From NCBI GenBank assembly GCA_000004985.1, contig GG738894.1: a DNA stretch of 64,000 nt. One strand, 5' to 3'. Shown piece after piece: positions 12,837-24,535 of the stretch; position 1 is the stretch's first letter; the number at the start of each line of letters is the position of its first letter. Below the pieces are notes generated by a model, which was not told the origin of the DNA, did no database searches, and saw only the letters and a program-made list of their open reading frames with translations. Source of the stretch: Naegleria gruberi. Its lineage: Eukaryota. Position numbers and translations under genes: made by a program.

Positions 12837-15800
12837 TTGTTTCGGACCGGTAGAACTATTCATGAATATTGGCAACTTCCACCAATCAAAGGATCCATGG
12901 AAGGACGCACCTCTGCGGAGGTTCATTTATGTTATCTTGCAATATCCTGTTCATGTTCAAATGAGACAATTAAATTGGTATATAGGGCAACACAGGAGGC
13001 AACAATAGAAATTAGAAAGGCACCAAAAAAAATGCACAATATTAGTATCTCCTATTGGTGTGTTGTGATATTGTTATTCATCTGTTTTGCACAACCTTTT
13101 TTACTGCAGAGGAGTTGTGTTGTTGTTGCAGAGGAGTATCAATTACATTCCCTGACAGGACATAAAGGAAATGGACAAGATTTTGACAGGACATTCTCTG
13201 CTAAACATGCCTTTCTGGCAGAACCGTGTGGAATTTGTTTTGGACTAAATGATGAAATTTACATTTCAGATTGTGTAAGAAACTATATTTTCAAGATATT
13301 TCCAAATGAAAGTATGATTGTGTTTGGAGGGTTGGGCAGTACGGGATTCAATCAGGATGGTTATGATGTAAAACAAACTCTTTTCGACTCTCCTTCATCA
13401 TTGAGTGTGGCACCTAATGGTGATTTATATATTGCTGATACGAACAATGATAAGATTCGTGTGGTTTCGGCGGAGACAAGATTGGTTTCATCATTGCCAT
13501 TCACTTTCAAACATCCATTGGGAGTGTTTGCTTCCTCTAACAACATGCTTTATATTGCAGGTAAGTTGTCTTTTGCTATTTCATACGAAACCAAAATAGA
13601 TACTGGAAACAATATGATAAAGAAATATGATATTTCCCAAAAGGTATTGACAACTATTGCTGGAGGAACTGGTTATTTGGATGGATCATATGATAATGTT
13701 GATGGAAATTCAATCATTCTTCACTCACCAAAGAATATTCATGTTGTTTCGAGTGGTAAAGATGACACTGTTTATTTCACTGATGAAGAAAGACTAAAAT
13801 TAATTGATAGCAATGGAAAATATCGTGTGATTGCCATTCCTGAACTTAAATCCAATTTGTAAGTGTCCACTGCTTTTTTTATTGTTCATTTTACAATTCA
13901 AATTCACAAAGATATGGAATAGCTGTAACATCAGCGAATGAAATATGGACATCTTCAGATAGACAACATTTCATTCAAATGAATTCCATTGGATCTTCAC
14001 AACCTTCAACAATTATTGGTGAAAAAGATTCTTTTGGATACGAAGGTGATAATTTGATTGATTCCTTTTCGAGTGTGAGATTTTATGAACCTCGATCTTT
14101 GATAGTGAAAGATTCAATTATTCTAGTTATTGATAGGTATAATAATTGTGTGAGAAAGATTGATACACAGAAAAAGACAGTTTCAACATTCTCTGGAGGA
14201 TTAATTAATCATTCATATGGTGAAGACATTCCCAGATTTGAGGTGTCACCACTCAATACATTATATAGACCATTCACATACAAGAATGAGTTGTACTTCA
14301 TAGAGCAAAATTATATAATTAGAAAGGTTTCGAACAATGATGGGCTTATCAAGACAATATTTGGATCGGGTATTCAATTGAGAACTGAAAATTCACCAAC
14401 AAGAGTCTTTAGGTATATCGCAAGTGTTTTCTGTTTTCCAAATGGAGATTTAGTAATTACTAGTTCAAACGAATTCTATATTCTCAATTTAGAAACATTT
14501 ACAATGCAGAAAATTACTAATGTTGGCCCCAAGACAATTCTTTCAATTTCAGCAATAGTTGGCATTGGGAATTCTTTCAAGAATAGCACTATATATTTCT
14601 CCAATGAAGGTACTATTTACAAATATCAGAATGAAAGTGTTCAAGACTCCATGCCAACAGGTTTGGTGCCATCTAACCTTGCAATTTTGAACAATGATTT
14701 ATACTTTTCTACATCAGGATATCTTGTAAAAGTTAATTGGAACGAAACTACTACTTTGATAGCCGTTCCAAGGGGTGTTAACAGGATATCACAAGATTCC
14801 AAAACTGGAAAGATTTATCTTTCCAATACATACAGACTCTACGAAGCAAACGTAAGTAATTTCAGAGTTGAAAAGGTTGCTGGTGTCGATCCATTTGAAT
14901 ATTCTGTTGGGAATAGCATTGATTTTTTTGGATATAGTGGTGAGAATGTGAATGCTAACCAATCGGTAATGTAAGTAGCTCTTTTACAAATGTTATTCGA
15001 AATATTATGTATCAATTAGCTCTGTTTCTTTTATACATGCTGACAATGATAATGTTTATCTCTCTACTGCTTCCTCATACATACGTGTGATATATAATGG
15101 AGTTGTGCGCACTGTTGTGGGAAGTAGTCCATTTTCGAAAAAAACTGGAAGAACCCTATATTCATTTTGTAGAGATCCTATTAATGAAATTATTTACATG
15201 TTGGACAATAATGTGTTGAAGAAGTATGATGAGAAAACAGGAGAAGTTACATCTCTTCTGCCAGCTGTTGAAGTAATTTCATCAAATTCGTTAGTTCAAA
15301 CAAGTGCTTCTCCTTTTTTAGCAATTAAACCAAAGACTGACACGAAAATGATATTCTCAACATTTGATAACATGATATATTTCTCTGATTATTGTAGAAT
15401 ATTACAAATTGACCCAAAAACATTGAAATATCAAAAAGTGGCGGGAAGTATGTGTGGAGATGTAATACCAGATATTCCAGCTATACAATCTCCTTTACCT
15501 ACAAATCCCCCAAAAGGCCTTTCAGTTAATCCTGTAAATGGTGATCTCTACATTAGTTATGCTGATTTTTTTGGAAAGCTTGAAAAGACTTCAGGTATGA
15601 TTCGTGCATTATTTAGGAGTTTTCCATTTAGTCCAATAGAACCAAGTGATGGTCATGTTGGAAATAGCACTTTTATTGGGACGATCTCAACTTCCTATGC
15701 CATTAGTGATCAGACAATTTACTTTAGCACAAATACAAAAATTAGAGTTTTGGAGCTAGCTCAAAATGGTTCATACTACCTCAGAACTATTGTTGGAGAT

Positions 15801-17422
15801 GGGAATGGCGGATATTCAGGTGATAATTTACCTGCATTGAGTTCATCTGTACAAAACCCAAAGGCATTCCATGTTAAAAAGAATGGGGATATTGTATTTG
15901 TGGATGAAGGAAATTACCTTATTAGAAAATTTGTAAAAGCAACAGGTCTATTGAAGAATATAGCAGGAAAACCTCGTCAAATGACAGGTTATTATTCAGG
16001 AGAGTTGAAAGGGCTAGATACAATCTTTATTAATTTGGGATATTCATTTAGTTTCAATGAGAAAACAGAAGAAACTATTTTTTCTGAACACTCAGTTATT
16101 GACACATTCCTTATTAGAAAGCTTTCTCCTATCTGTGAAGGAGGAGCACGCTTCAATTCATTCAATAATACTTGTGACTGTTTGAGTGGATTTTATGGAG
16201 AGAAATGTCAAGCAATTACTTGCAATGGAACAATATCATCAGATGCAACAAGTTGTAATGGAAAGGGAACTTGTGTTGAATTAGATGTTTGTGAATGTTT
16301 GAATGGATTTGAAGGGCAGTATTGTGAAAAATCTATTGACAAGTTGGCAACCGATCAGTCAACAATTTTGATTGTTTCCATTGTCATTCCTATTCTTGGA
16401 GTAGGTCTGATTATCGTGATATTGATTGTAATTATTGTCATAGCATTACTACTTTTCAAAAAGAAGAAATCAAAGGAAATTAATGAAATTGCAACTGCAA
16501 ACATTGTGGAAATGTCAGAATTTCCAAGTAGTTCAATCATTATTTCATCATCACTTGGTTCTGACATGTCAGAAAAGGAAGACATACTTTCTAGGTATAT
16601 TAATATGATTAGAGTTGGGCAAGGCGCATTTGGAAGTGTTTTCAAAGTGACAGATACAAAGAGTGGAAATAAGGTAAAAGCAATCAAGATTGTGAGATTT
16701 GAATCATTCACCGATTTGAACACAATTATGAAAGAAGCATCTCAATTGAGTAATATCAATCATCCAAATATATTGCGAGTGAATGATTATTTCATCACTA
16801 ATGACAATTTGCTTTGTATAGATATGGATTATTATGAGAATGGTGACTTGACAAGGTTTACAAAGAAGGAAATATGTTCTGAAGATATTATTCGCAAGAT
16901 TATGAAACAAATGTTAAGTGCATTGAATTATGTCCACTCAGAATTGTCAATCATTCATAGAGATATCAAACCTTCAAATATTTTTATTCGAAAACTTTCT
17001 GGAAATGACATTGAAGTTGTTTTAGCTGATTTTGGATTGGCTAAAAAGTATCAAGAAATGAAAGGTCAATCCTATGCTGGAACTCCACTTTTTATGAGGT
17101 TTGTTTTATAATTATGCATTAGTTTTAAACTTTTTAAAGTCCTGAAATTGCACTGGGCAGCTCATATTCATTCAATACTGATATTTTCTCACTGGGAGTT
17201 TCGATTTATCAAATCATGACAAAAGACGAAACCATTCCTATTGGAAATTTATTGATGGGAAATCAATTAGCAAATGCAGAAGCCATTCTCACCCAACAAA
17301 TGAAACAGAATACTAGTTACTCGAATGAATTGATTGAAATTGTTATGAAAATGTTGGATAAGAATCAAGAAACTCGATCAAGTGCTGTTCAACTTCTTCA
17401 AATGCCTTATTTCAAACACTAA
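12837..17422 (+). CDS. Receptor-like Ser/Thr protein kinase with NHL-repeat ectodomain and EGF-like Cys-rich modules (4 exons)
   Basis: Exons 12837 (first ATG; more likely signal-peptide ATG at 13032, MHNISISYWCVVILLFICFAQP)..13858, 13912..14970, 15020..17098, 17140..17422. Introns of 53, 49 and 41 nt start with GTAAGT/GTTTGT, end in AG, and each restores frame across an ORF-track stop. NHL-like repeats (YIADTNNDKIRV, DNDNVYLSTASSYIRV). EGF-like CxC stretch (CDCLSGFYGEKCQAITCNG...CECLNGFEGQYC). TM segment ILIVSIVIPILGVGLIIVILIVIIVIALLLF. Kinase motifs VKAIKIV, HRDIKPSNIF, LADFGLAKK, GTPLFM|SPEIAL spanning the last intron, DIFSLGVSIYQIMT. Confidence 0.8.
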
Positions 17423-17526
17423 CTCTCTTTTTTAATAAAGTTGGACTTCCTCGATTCATTGTTGTTAAGCCATACCCGAATGAGAAGGGGGATATTTAGT
17501 TTATTAATACAAATAATATCTGCTTC

Positions 17527-18660
17527 CTAATAGCTCTCTGATTTGTTGAACTTATTTGCTCCCCACAGTAGTGAATTCTCATGATTTAGTCCTTGATCAC
17601 CAATTCTATTGCCACGAATATTAAGTGATGTTAATTGTTTCATTTCACTTATATATTTGGCTCCTTCTACACCAATTCGATTGCCACGAATATTAAGTGA
17701 TGTTAATTGTTTCATTTCACTAATGAATTTGACTTTGCCACAAATATTAAGTGATGTTAATTGTTTCATTTCACTAATGAATTTAGCTCCTTCATCACCA
17801 GTTCTATTGTAAGAAATATTAAGTGATGTTAATTGTTTCATTTCACTAATGTATTTGACTCCTTCTATACCAATTTCATTTTCAGAAATATTAAGTGATG
17901 TTAATTGTTTCATTTCACTAATGAATTTAGCTCCTTCTATACCAATGAGAGTGTAATAAATATTAAGTGATGTCAATTGTTTCATTCCACTTATATATTT
18001 GGCTCCTTCATCGCCAATTATATTGTAAGAAATATCAAGTGATGTTAATTGTTTCATTTCACTTATATATTTGGCTCCTTCATCGCCAATTTCATTTTCA
18101 CGAATATTAAGTGATATTAATTGTTTCATTTCACTGATATATTTAGCTCCTTCATCACCAATTACATTGTAAGAAATATTAAGTGATGTTAATTGTTTCA
18201 TTTCACTGATATATTTGGCTCCTTCTACACCAATTCGATTGCCACGAATATTAAGTGATGTTAATTGTTTCATTTCAGTTACGAATTTGAGTTGTTCTAT
18301 GGCTTCCAGCAAATTTGTTGAAAATTTAACATCAACAATACTATTCATAAACTGACTTTTCATGAATAATTCAACTCGTTTCTCTGTAATGTTGTTTTTA
18401 AATTGAATAACAAGTTTTGAACGTTCCTTGATCACATTAAAGAATTGTTTTGAAATTAAAGTACAATTATTTAAAATAAACCACGAATCATCAATCATGC
18501 AAATTATTTCAAAACAAATATCATCTGAAAATATTTCTTGTTCGAGTTTCACATGCTTTTTTACTTTCTCTTCCATATTATTATTATTATTGTTAGTGAA
18601 TATTTCCTCCGAATTAATTAATTGATGATTTTCAAAATCTTGTCTGTTTCGTTTGCTCAT
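17527..18660 (-). CDS. Leucine-rich repeat protein (LRR_RI-type, 24-aa repeats GAKYISEMKQLTSLNISYNVIGDE)
   Basis: 377-aa ORF. About 10 tandem 72-nt repeats each encode one LRR. The N-terminus (DICFEIICMIDDSWFILNNCTLISKQFFNVIKERSKLVIQFK) is F-box-like. Paralog of 49469..50320. Confidence 0.8.
   Translation of the reverse strand: MSKRNRQDFENHQLINSEEIFTNNNNNNMEEKVKKHVKLEQEIFSDDICFEIICMIDDSWFILNNCTLISKQFFNVIKERSKLVIQFKNNITEKRVELFMKSQFMNSIVDVKFSTNLLEAIEQLKFVTEMKQLTSLNIRGNRIGVEGAKYISEMKQLTSLNISYNVIGDEGAKYISEMKQLISLNIRENEIGDEGAKYISEMKQLTSLDISYNIIGDEGAKYISGMKQLTSLNIYYTLIGIEGAKFISEMKQLTSLNISENEIGIEGVKYISEMKQLTSLNISYNRTGDEGAKFISEMKQLTSLNICGKVKFISEMKQLTSLNIRGNRIGVEGAKYISEMKQLTSLNIRGNRIGDQGLNHENSLLWGANKFNKSESY
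17590..18290. repeat. Tandem 72-bp coding repeats (LRR units) inside the LRR gene
   Basis: Recurring ...gttaattgtttcatttcact(a/g)at(a/g)(a/t)atttggctccttc... units are visible on the plus strand. This is protein-coding periodicity, not a CRISPR array. Confidence 0.7.
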
Positions 18661-18747
18661 TTTTTCTTGAGATTTAAATTCATGGGATTTACTTTGGTTA
18701 GAATTGTTGGCATTGTAATGTTAAATAACATTTTGAGAAAATGATAT

Positions 18748-20790
18748 CTACAATATTTCTCTTTGCATCATAATCAGTCCAAAAAGGACTTGATGCAGCA
18801 CTGATAGTTCAACTCGTTCTTGCAAACAGGTATCTCTGAATCGGATAGTCACAGTTGCATTCAATAAACTCTCTTCATCAATAGTGATGGCAATAGGAAT
18901 TCCAATTTCATCAGCACGTTTATATTTCTTTCCAATTGAGTGTGCACTTTCATCATGTTTGAAGGGAATGGAAAGAGTTCTTATAATTTTAGTAACCTTT
19001 TCTAGTACCATCTTTTCCTCATTAGTTTTGACTTTACAGTTAGAAACCAGTAATACCTTGATTGGAGCCAACTGACTTGGTAAAGAAAGAATAGGCCTTT
19101 CCTCATCTCGAGTCCAAAATACATGTTCCAATAAGCTCAATAATATTCTACTAACAGAAAATGAAAGATCAATGATGTGAGGAGTAATCTTTTCTCCATA
19201 AACTTTTTTCACACATTCCACAAACGAAATATCATCTTTGGATAATTGGAAATTCTTTCCATTGATATCAAGTGAGATTTTGTGGTTGGTTTCCAACTCT
19301 GTTTGATATTGAGATTTCTTCTCCTTAGATAGTCCACTAAGGTGCTCTAACAGTATTTTGGTATCATTCTTGTAACGTTTTCCAAGCTTTTGATGTGAAA
19401 ACTCCACAACTATTTCTCTCTCCTCAAGAGGTTCATCAAATGAATCAAATAGAGAGAGATCAGAGTTAGAATGTTGAGAATGTTGCAGCAAATCGTAACC
19501 TGCTTTGGATTGAACATTAACAACCTCTACCCAACCAATGGTTGTCAACACCTCACATGTCCACAACTGCTCCAATCTATATGAAAATTGTTTTCGAAAC
19601 CGTATTCCTTCACTCAAAAATCCACATTCCTCCATGAATTCTTGTGTTCTGGCAAGATAGTAAGCCAATGATTTGTTAGCTATGAATTCTTGTTCCGCAG
19701 CATCTTTGATCGAAATCTTGGTTTCTTCATCATTTGAATCTAAAAGCAATCTCACAATTACTTGCTCGACTTTCTTGGAGTACTTTTCACAATTATTTTT
19801 CTTTGCTCCATTGCAGAAATGCATTATTTTTGCGCTTGAATTTTCCCTCAGTTTCGAATAGTGGCCAGTAGTTGTAGAATTATCAAAAATGGACCCAACC
19901 TGTGCAACTGAAAAGGGTAACCGTTTTCCACCATATTCCCATAACCGCTTAATATTTGTGTAAACACCTTGATCGAGATCAGGTCTCAAATAAACACTTG
20001 TTCTACCTGTTACTCCAATTTGTGTTTTAATCGCAAACGTCCATTCAAATACTTCAGAAATTTGATTTCCATCCATACTCCTAATTCTAAACCTCTTAAT
20101 AATATTATTCATGGCACCACCATCATAAGAATGAAGATTTGCAAGAATTTCTCTGAAATGTTTGATTTGAACACTTGTTAATAAATCCTCGTTGCCCAGC
20201 TTTTCCTGTATGAAATCCTCAATAACTTTGGTGGCAAGAATGATCTTATCAGTCTTCATATCTTTCACAATAAATTCATTAAAAGGAAAAAAGAATCCAA
20301 AAGCTCTGTAAACTTCATCAAGTACAAGTGAGCTCGTTTCCATTTCCATCATTTCTTCCTCCAATACGAAATGTTTCCTCCATAATCCAATCACATTATT
20401 CTTCAAATTGCATCCCAAAGGACCTAAATCCACCAAACCACTCACTCCACCATAAATTTCGAATGACGGTAATACGAAACAATTTTTCAATAAACATGCC
20501 CTTAATAACTGATCATTGAAATGTAATTTACTCGATTCGGAACACTTCTTTGCAATTATTTTCAATTCCAAATTTAATAATTTAATTCTCTCCTCATCAC
20601 GATCGGAAGAAGAATTAAAATTTGATAATTGTTGTAATTTTTCTTTGAATAATTGATTAATAGCAATTCGTTCTTCTAATGTTGCAATTTTAGGTTGATT
20701 GTTGGTGGTAGTTGTCGAAGAAATTGCATTTTCCGTTGATGTGTTGTTGCCTATCTGATTGTTGATCATTTTTTTAATTTGTAATTTCAC
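18748..20790 (-). CDS. Glycyl-tRNA synthetase-like protein (class II, eukaryotic dimeric type) with substituted catalytic motifs
   Basis: 680-aa intronless ORF. FVLPSFEIYGGVSGLVDLGPLGCNLKNNVIGLWRKHF matches the GlyRS N-terminal catalytic core. YLRPDLDQGVYTNIKRLWEYGGKRLPFSVAQVGSIF matches [36 protein letters not shown]. The C-terminal anticodon-binding region (PIKVLLVSN...SIGKKYKRADEIGIPIAITIDEES) matches GlyRS. The motif-2 positions FRNEISPR...RVREF read FDNSTTTG...KLREN, and KTSGHVDKF reads RAFGFFFPF. Confidence 0.75.
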   Translation of the reverse strand: MKLQIKKMINNQIGNNTSTENAISSTTTTNNQPKIATLEERIAINQLFKEKLQQLSNFNSSSDRDEERIKLLNLELKIIAKKCSESSKLHFNDQLLRACLLKNCFVLPSFEIYGGVSGLVDLGPLGCNLKNNVIGLWRKHFVLEEEMMEMETSSLVLDEVYRAFGFFFPFNEFIVKDMKTDKIILATKVIEDFIQEKLGNEDLLTSVQIKHFREILANLHSYDGGAMNNIIKRFRIRSMDGNQISEVFEWTFAIKTQIGVTGRTSVYLRPDLDQGVYTNIKRLWEYGGKRLPFSVAQVGSIFDNSTTTGHYSKLRENSSAKIMHFCNGAKKNNCEKYSKKVEQVIVRLLLDSNDEETKISIKDAAEQEFIANKSLAYYLARTQEFMEECGFLSEGIRFRKQFSYRLEQLWTCEVLTTIGWVEVVNVQSKAGYDLLQHSQHSNSDLSLFDSFDEPLEEREIVVEFSHQKLGKRYKNDTKILLEHLSGLSKEKKSQYQTELETNHKISLDINGKNFQLSKDDISFVECVKKVYGEKITPHIIDLSFSVSRILLSLLEHVFWTRDEERPILSLPSQLAPIKVLLVSNCKVKTNEEKMVLEKVTKIIRTLSIPFKHDESAHSIGKKYKRADEIGIPIAITIDEESLLNATVTIRFRDTCLQERVELSVLHQVLFGLIMMQREIL

Positions 20791-21627
20791 AACAAGTCAT
20801 CATGAAACAATCAAATTTGTGAAACTATCAAGAAGACGCACTTTCTGTGCAATTTAATCCAACCACTCAGTTTGTTAATCCCAATGAGTGGAATAAAAGA
20901 TTCATAACAGCTAATACATTGGCATTATAATCCAAAATAGTTCCAATAGATAATGCATTAAGAGTAGCTTAATATTTCAATTAAAATGTTTACAAAAGTA
21001 TACCAGTATTCATAAAGTTGGAAATTACCAGGATTCACTCCTTTCCAGTATGGTAGCATTTCTGGAAAGTAGTTAGATATGGAACGATGAATTAAAATTA
21101 TTAATTATCAAGGTTTTCGAGTGCAACCATGGCTGGATCAAAACCATTAGAAATGAAAGTATTAGACTCTAAATAAGAGGAAGTTAGTGTTACTTTTTCT
21201 ACATGAATTACAAGCAGATTTTAACAATCACGTTCCGAAACTTAATTCCAAATTTTAGGATGCTAGGTAGATAACCTACCAACTCGTATTTCCATGCAAC
21301 TAATTATTATTAATTCGTGATGATGTGTTGACTTCAATATTTGCTGCGTTTACGAATTTGAATTTGAAAAAACCCTTTCAACTTCCAACTTGTCGCCTCA
21401 AATTTACCAAATTAATCAAAATTCACTATCAACACAAATGTTGTATGGAAGGAACTTTGTATGAAAGATCAAAGATAACTCTCTGTGCAATTATTAATAG
21501 CTACCTGATAGAGGAAGTCAGGGAATTCAAAAGGTGGATCGATGAAAACTTCGTCTTGTATTTTTTCAAGTAAAAAACAAATACAAAAGATCTTCATCAA
21601 TTAATTATATTATTAATAATCATCAAA

Positions 21628-23097
21628 ATGCCAGCCAATGTCGGAACTAGAAGAAAATTGAATCCAAATCTTAAGAAGGGATATGTAGCTCCACCAGTTG
21701 AAGATCATATCATCATTGAAGAGGATCAAAAGCAAAAATCACAACAACAACAACCTGTAAAAACAAAGAAGCAACAACAACCAATTGCTAATACTTCATC
21801 ACCAGCAACCACTACTACCACTAACAAGGTTGTTACCAATGCAAATGTACCAACAACAACAACAACAACAGCACCAAAAGCAAAGAATGTAAAATCATCA
21901 TCAGAATCACGTTTTGAAAAGTACGAAAAACAACATGAAGCCTTCATCAAGCAAATGGAAACATTCATGAAGTCCTTCCTTGATTTTGAAAAGGAGAGAT
22001 TGGCCTTCATGAAAGAACAATTCGGATCAAAGAGTGTTGGCACAACCACCACTACACAAACAACTGTGGCCAACAATAAGAAGGATAACAAGACAATTAC
22101 AGCCACAACAACAACTACACCAACAAAAACTACAACTCCTCCTCCAACTAACACAACTGTTAAAACAACAACAGCAACAGCAGCAACTACTACTCCTAAG
22201 AAAAAGACAACAGAACCAACCACAACTCCACAAAATAATACCAATGTAACATCACCAAAATCAACCAAGAATGAAGCAGCAAAGAATAAGGATCCTGCTG
22301 TTGATGCTTCTCCAACTAAGCAACAAACCAAGAAGGCAACAACTACTACTAGCCCTACCACTACTGCCACTACCACCACTACAACTGTACCAACAAAGAT
22401 TAGAGAATTGACTGTAACAAAAGATGAAATTTTTGATAATCTCAAAGTTGTCTATGTGAGTGGTGAAAACATCAAGGCAATTGCCGAGGCTAATAAGGTA
22501 TTCGATACTTTGGAAAAGAAGGATGCTGTATATGGATTTGACATTTTGTGGAATGCAAAGGAGGAAAAGACAATTAACGAAAGCCCAACCGAAACTCACA
22601 TCCTTGTACCAATCAGACTCATCTTATTGGCTAATCATGACACTGTCTTTGTTTATAGACCTCCAACTGCCGAAGAGATGCTTGCTGAAAAGATTGATAG
22701 ACCTCTCCCAGTAGCTCTTTACAAAATTCTCACTCAAAATCAATGTGTCAAGGTTTCATTTAATGCTATTGAAAAGGTCAACTACTTGTACCATAATTTG
22801 AACACTACCTATGTTAGTCATGTATCTGATATCAACTCCCTTTTCGTGAAGGAACCATATGGTTCTGCATTGGATATGTTAAGTAAGGAATTGGAATTAC
22901 CAACAGAACAAGTTTCCAAAGAGCTCAAAATGAGACATAATATTAATTATAGCAAGGAGCTCAGTAATGGCCAACTTGTCACAGTTGCCAAGAGATGTTG
23001 GTTGGAATTAAGACTTGTTGAAAAATTCTCTGAAAAACAAAAAACCAAGACAAATCTATTTGACTTTGTGACCAAAAACATGAAAATTGAAGATTAA
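21628..23097 (+). CDS. Thr/Gln-rich low-complexity protein with a C-terminal globular domain (weak 3'-5' exonuclease/DEDD-like resemblance)
   Basis: 489-aa ORF. The N-terminal two-thirds is poly-Thr/Pro/Lys/Gln (mucin-like). The C-terminus (VYGFDILWNAKEEK...IRLILLAN...) loosely resembles the GFDxEW / LIQL opening of WRN/RNase D-type exonuclease domains, but with the acidic residue replaced (E to L). This domain call is low confidence. Confidence 0.5.
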   Translation: MPANVGTRRKLNPNLKKGYVAPPVEDHIIIEEDQKQKSQQQQPVKTKKQQQPIANTSSPATTTTTNKVVTNANVPTTTTTTAPKAKNVKSSSESRFEKYEKQHEAFIKQMETFMKSFLDFEKERLAFMKEQFGSKSVGTTTTTQTTVANNKKDNKTITATTTTTPTKTTTPPPTNTTVKTTTATAATTTPKKKTTEPTTTPQNNTNVTSPKSTKNEAAKNKDPAVDASPTKQQTKKATTTTSPTTTATTTTTTVPTKIRELTVTKDEIFDNLKVVYVSGENIKAIAEANKVFDTLEKKDAVYGFDILWNAKEEKTINESPTETHILVPIRLILLANHDTVFVYRPPTAEEMLAEKIDRPLPVALYKILTQNQCVKVSFNAIEKVNYLYHNLNTTYVSHVSDINSLFVKEPYGSALDMLSKELELPTEQVSKELKMRHNINYSKELSNGQLVTVAKRCWLELRLVEKFSEKQKTKTNLFDFVTKNMKIED

Positions 23098-23101
23098 ATT
23101 T

Positions 23102-24022
23102 TTACTTTTTCCTACAGACAACTCCCCAGTTATCTTTTTCGTAATACATATTCTTTACAAACTCAAAATCGAATGATTGAACTTTTTCTCCAGTTTGTGG
23201 ACAAGTTGTGAAGGATGCTTCTTCGACCAATTTTTCCAATTCTCCTTCTTTGAACAAGTGATAAAATCTCTTGTAGACCTTTTCTCCATCTTCTCCTTGA
23301 ATAAAGTTTTCAGCATTTTGAGCTGGTTTCTTATCAAATTGTTTTTGTAAATGCCAAGGTACAAAGACATCTTGTTGTGGATACCTGTAGGAAGGTGTTG
23401 AAGAATCTTGTGACTTTTTCTTTGATTGTTGCTCAAAAGCCCAAACATAGATTAAAACTTCACCTCCTTGTTTACAAACTCTGAATAATTCTCTAATGGC
23501 ATTCATTCTTCTTTCAGGTGTAGCAAAATGGTGAATGACAGCCACACTAATCACAACATCAAATTTTTCTGATTTAAATGGTAATCTAGTATTATCGGCA
23601 ACCATAACTTCCAAATCTCTTCCTTTACAAATTTCAGCAAGTCCATCACTAATATCAGTACCAATAAAACAATTACTAGTTGAAATTTTTGATAATTTGT
23701 TTCCTCTATTAAATTCAAGAGTTTCCTTCCATGATTGCATATATTTACCATTTCCGCATCCGATATCAGCAAACAAACAATTTTCCTTTCCGAGAATATA
23801 TTCATTAATAAATGGCCATCTAGAATATCTAGTATTTGAAAAGTGTGGAGCAATTTCATTATAAACTTGTGTTACAAATTGTTTTTCAAATTGATGTAAT
23901 TGCATAGAATCATTTTCAACAGTATTAATGACACGATTAGCATCCAATTCGGGATCAATTTGTTGTGCTGTTGTTGAAGAAGAGGAAGAGGCAGCAGATG
24001 ATGAAGATTCTTGTTCACTCAT
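23102..24022 (-). CDS. Trm9/ALKBH8-type tRNA (mcm5U) methyltransferase
   Basis: 306-aa ORF. VYNEIAPHFSNTRYSRWPFINEYI, SAM motif I DIGCGNGKYM, ISVAVIHHFATPERRMNAIRELFRVCKQGGEVLIYVWAFEQ and C-terminal QDVFVPWH...YKRFYHLFKEGELEKL are all characteristic of Trm9. It is convergent with the previous gene (stops 4 nt apart). Confidence 0.8.
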   Translation of the reverse strand: MSEQESSSSAASSSSSTTAQQIDPELDANRVINTVENDSMQLHQFEKQFVTQVYNEIAPHFSNTRYSRWPFINEYILGKENCLFADIGCGNGKYMQSWKETLEFNRGNKLSKISTSNCFIGTDISDGLAEICKGRDLEVMVADNTRLPFKSEKFDVVISVAVIHHFATPERRMNAIRELFRVCKQGGEVLIYVWAFEQQSKKKSQDSSTPSYRYPQQDVFVPWHLQKQFDKKPAQNAENFIQGEDGEKVYKRFYHLFKEGELEKLVEEASFTTCPQTGEKVQSFDFEFVKNMYYEKDNWGVVCRKK

Positions 24023-24535
24023 TTTTTAAAAAATTAAAATTAGAAAAATGCTTTTTCATAGATGTACAGATTTCTGGAATAATTTTTCAATCTATGTCGA
24101 TACTTGATGAACTTGTTATTGGATTGCAAGATAGGCGGAATGTTTGAATAATATCGTTCCATTCCAATGGGACAATTCAACGCTTGGTAAAATTTGCGTT
24201 AGCTTTGTTAAAATCTTATCCACGTGTGCTGTCCAGGTTTCCTTAATGGAGGGAGATGCAACCATTTTTCATAGTGTTTGTCCTTAAATCCTTATGTAGA
24301 ACTGCTTATTCATTTAAGGAGCAAAGAAAAATGCCTCATCGTCCAGGTTTGGGTAAATCACGCAAAAGCAGAGGGGCTTTGATGATGCCTCTTTGTTCTG
24401 AAATAGAAATTTAAACAGGCGCAAACACTCTCGAAAAAACCAACCAAACAACATTAAGCTGTGTTATATTTCAATTAAAACTGAGAGTATTGCTGATATC
24501 CAATAACCAAAAACTCAATACTTGAATTTCAAAGT

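Noticed and set aside
17590-18290. Regular ~72-bp direct repeats that superficially resemble a CRISPR array
   Set aside because: The repeats are contiguous with no spacers, lie inside an open reading frame encoding LRR units, and the sequence is eukaryotic.
21726-22445. Long antisense and alternative-frame ORFs (21726..22445 -, 22027..22233 -, 22034..22249 +) across the Thr-rich gene
   Set aside because: They translate (ACN)n/(GTN)n repeats into poly-Val/Cys/Gln and have no protein-like composition. They are artefacts of the codon repeat in the plus-strand Thr-rich CDS.
24380-24420. TGATGA ... CTGA (box C / box D-like) pair near 24390-24410
   Set aside because: The boxes are only ~14 nt apart with no flanking terminal stem, which is too short for a C/D snoRNA.
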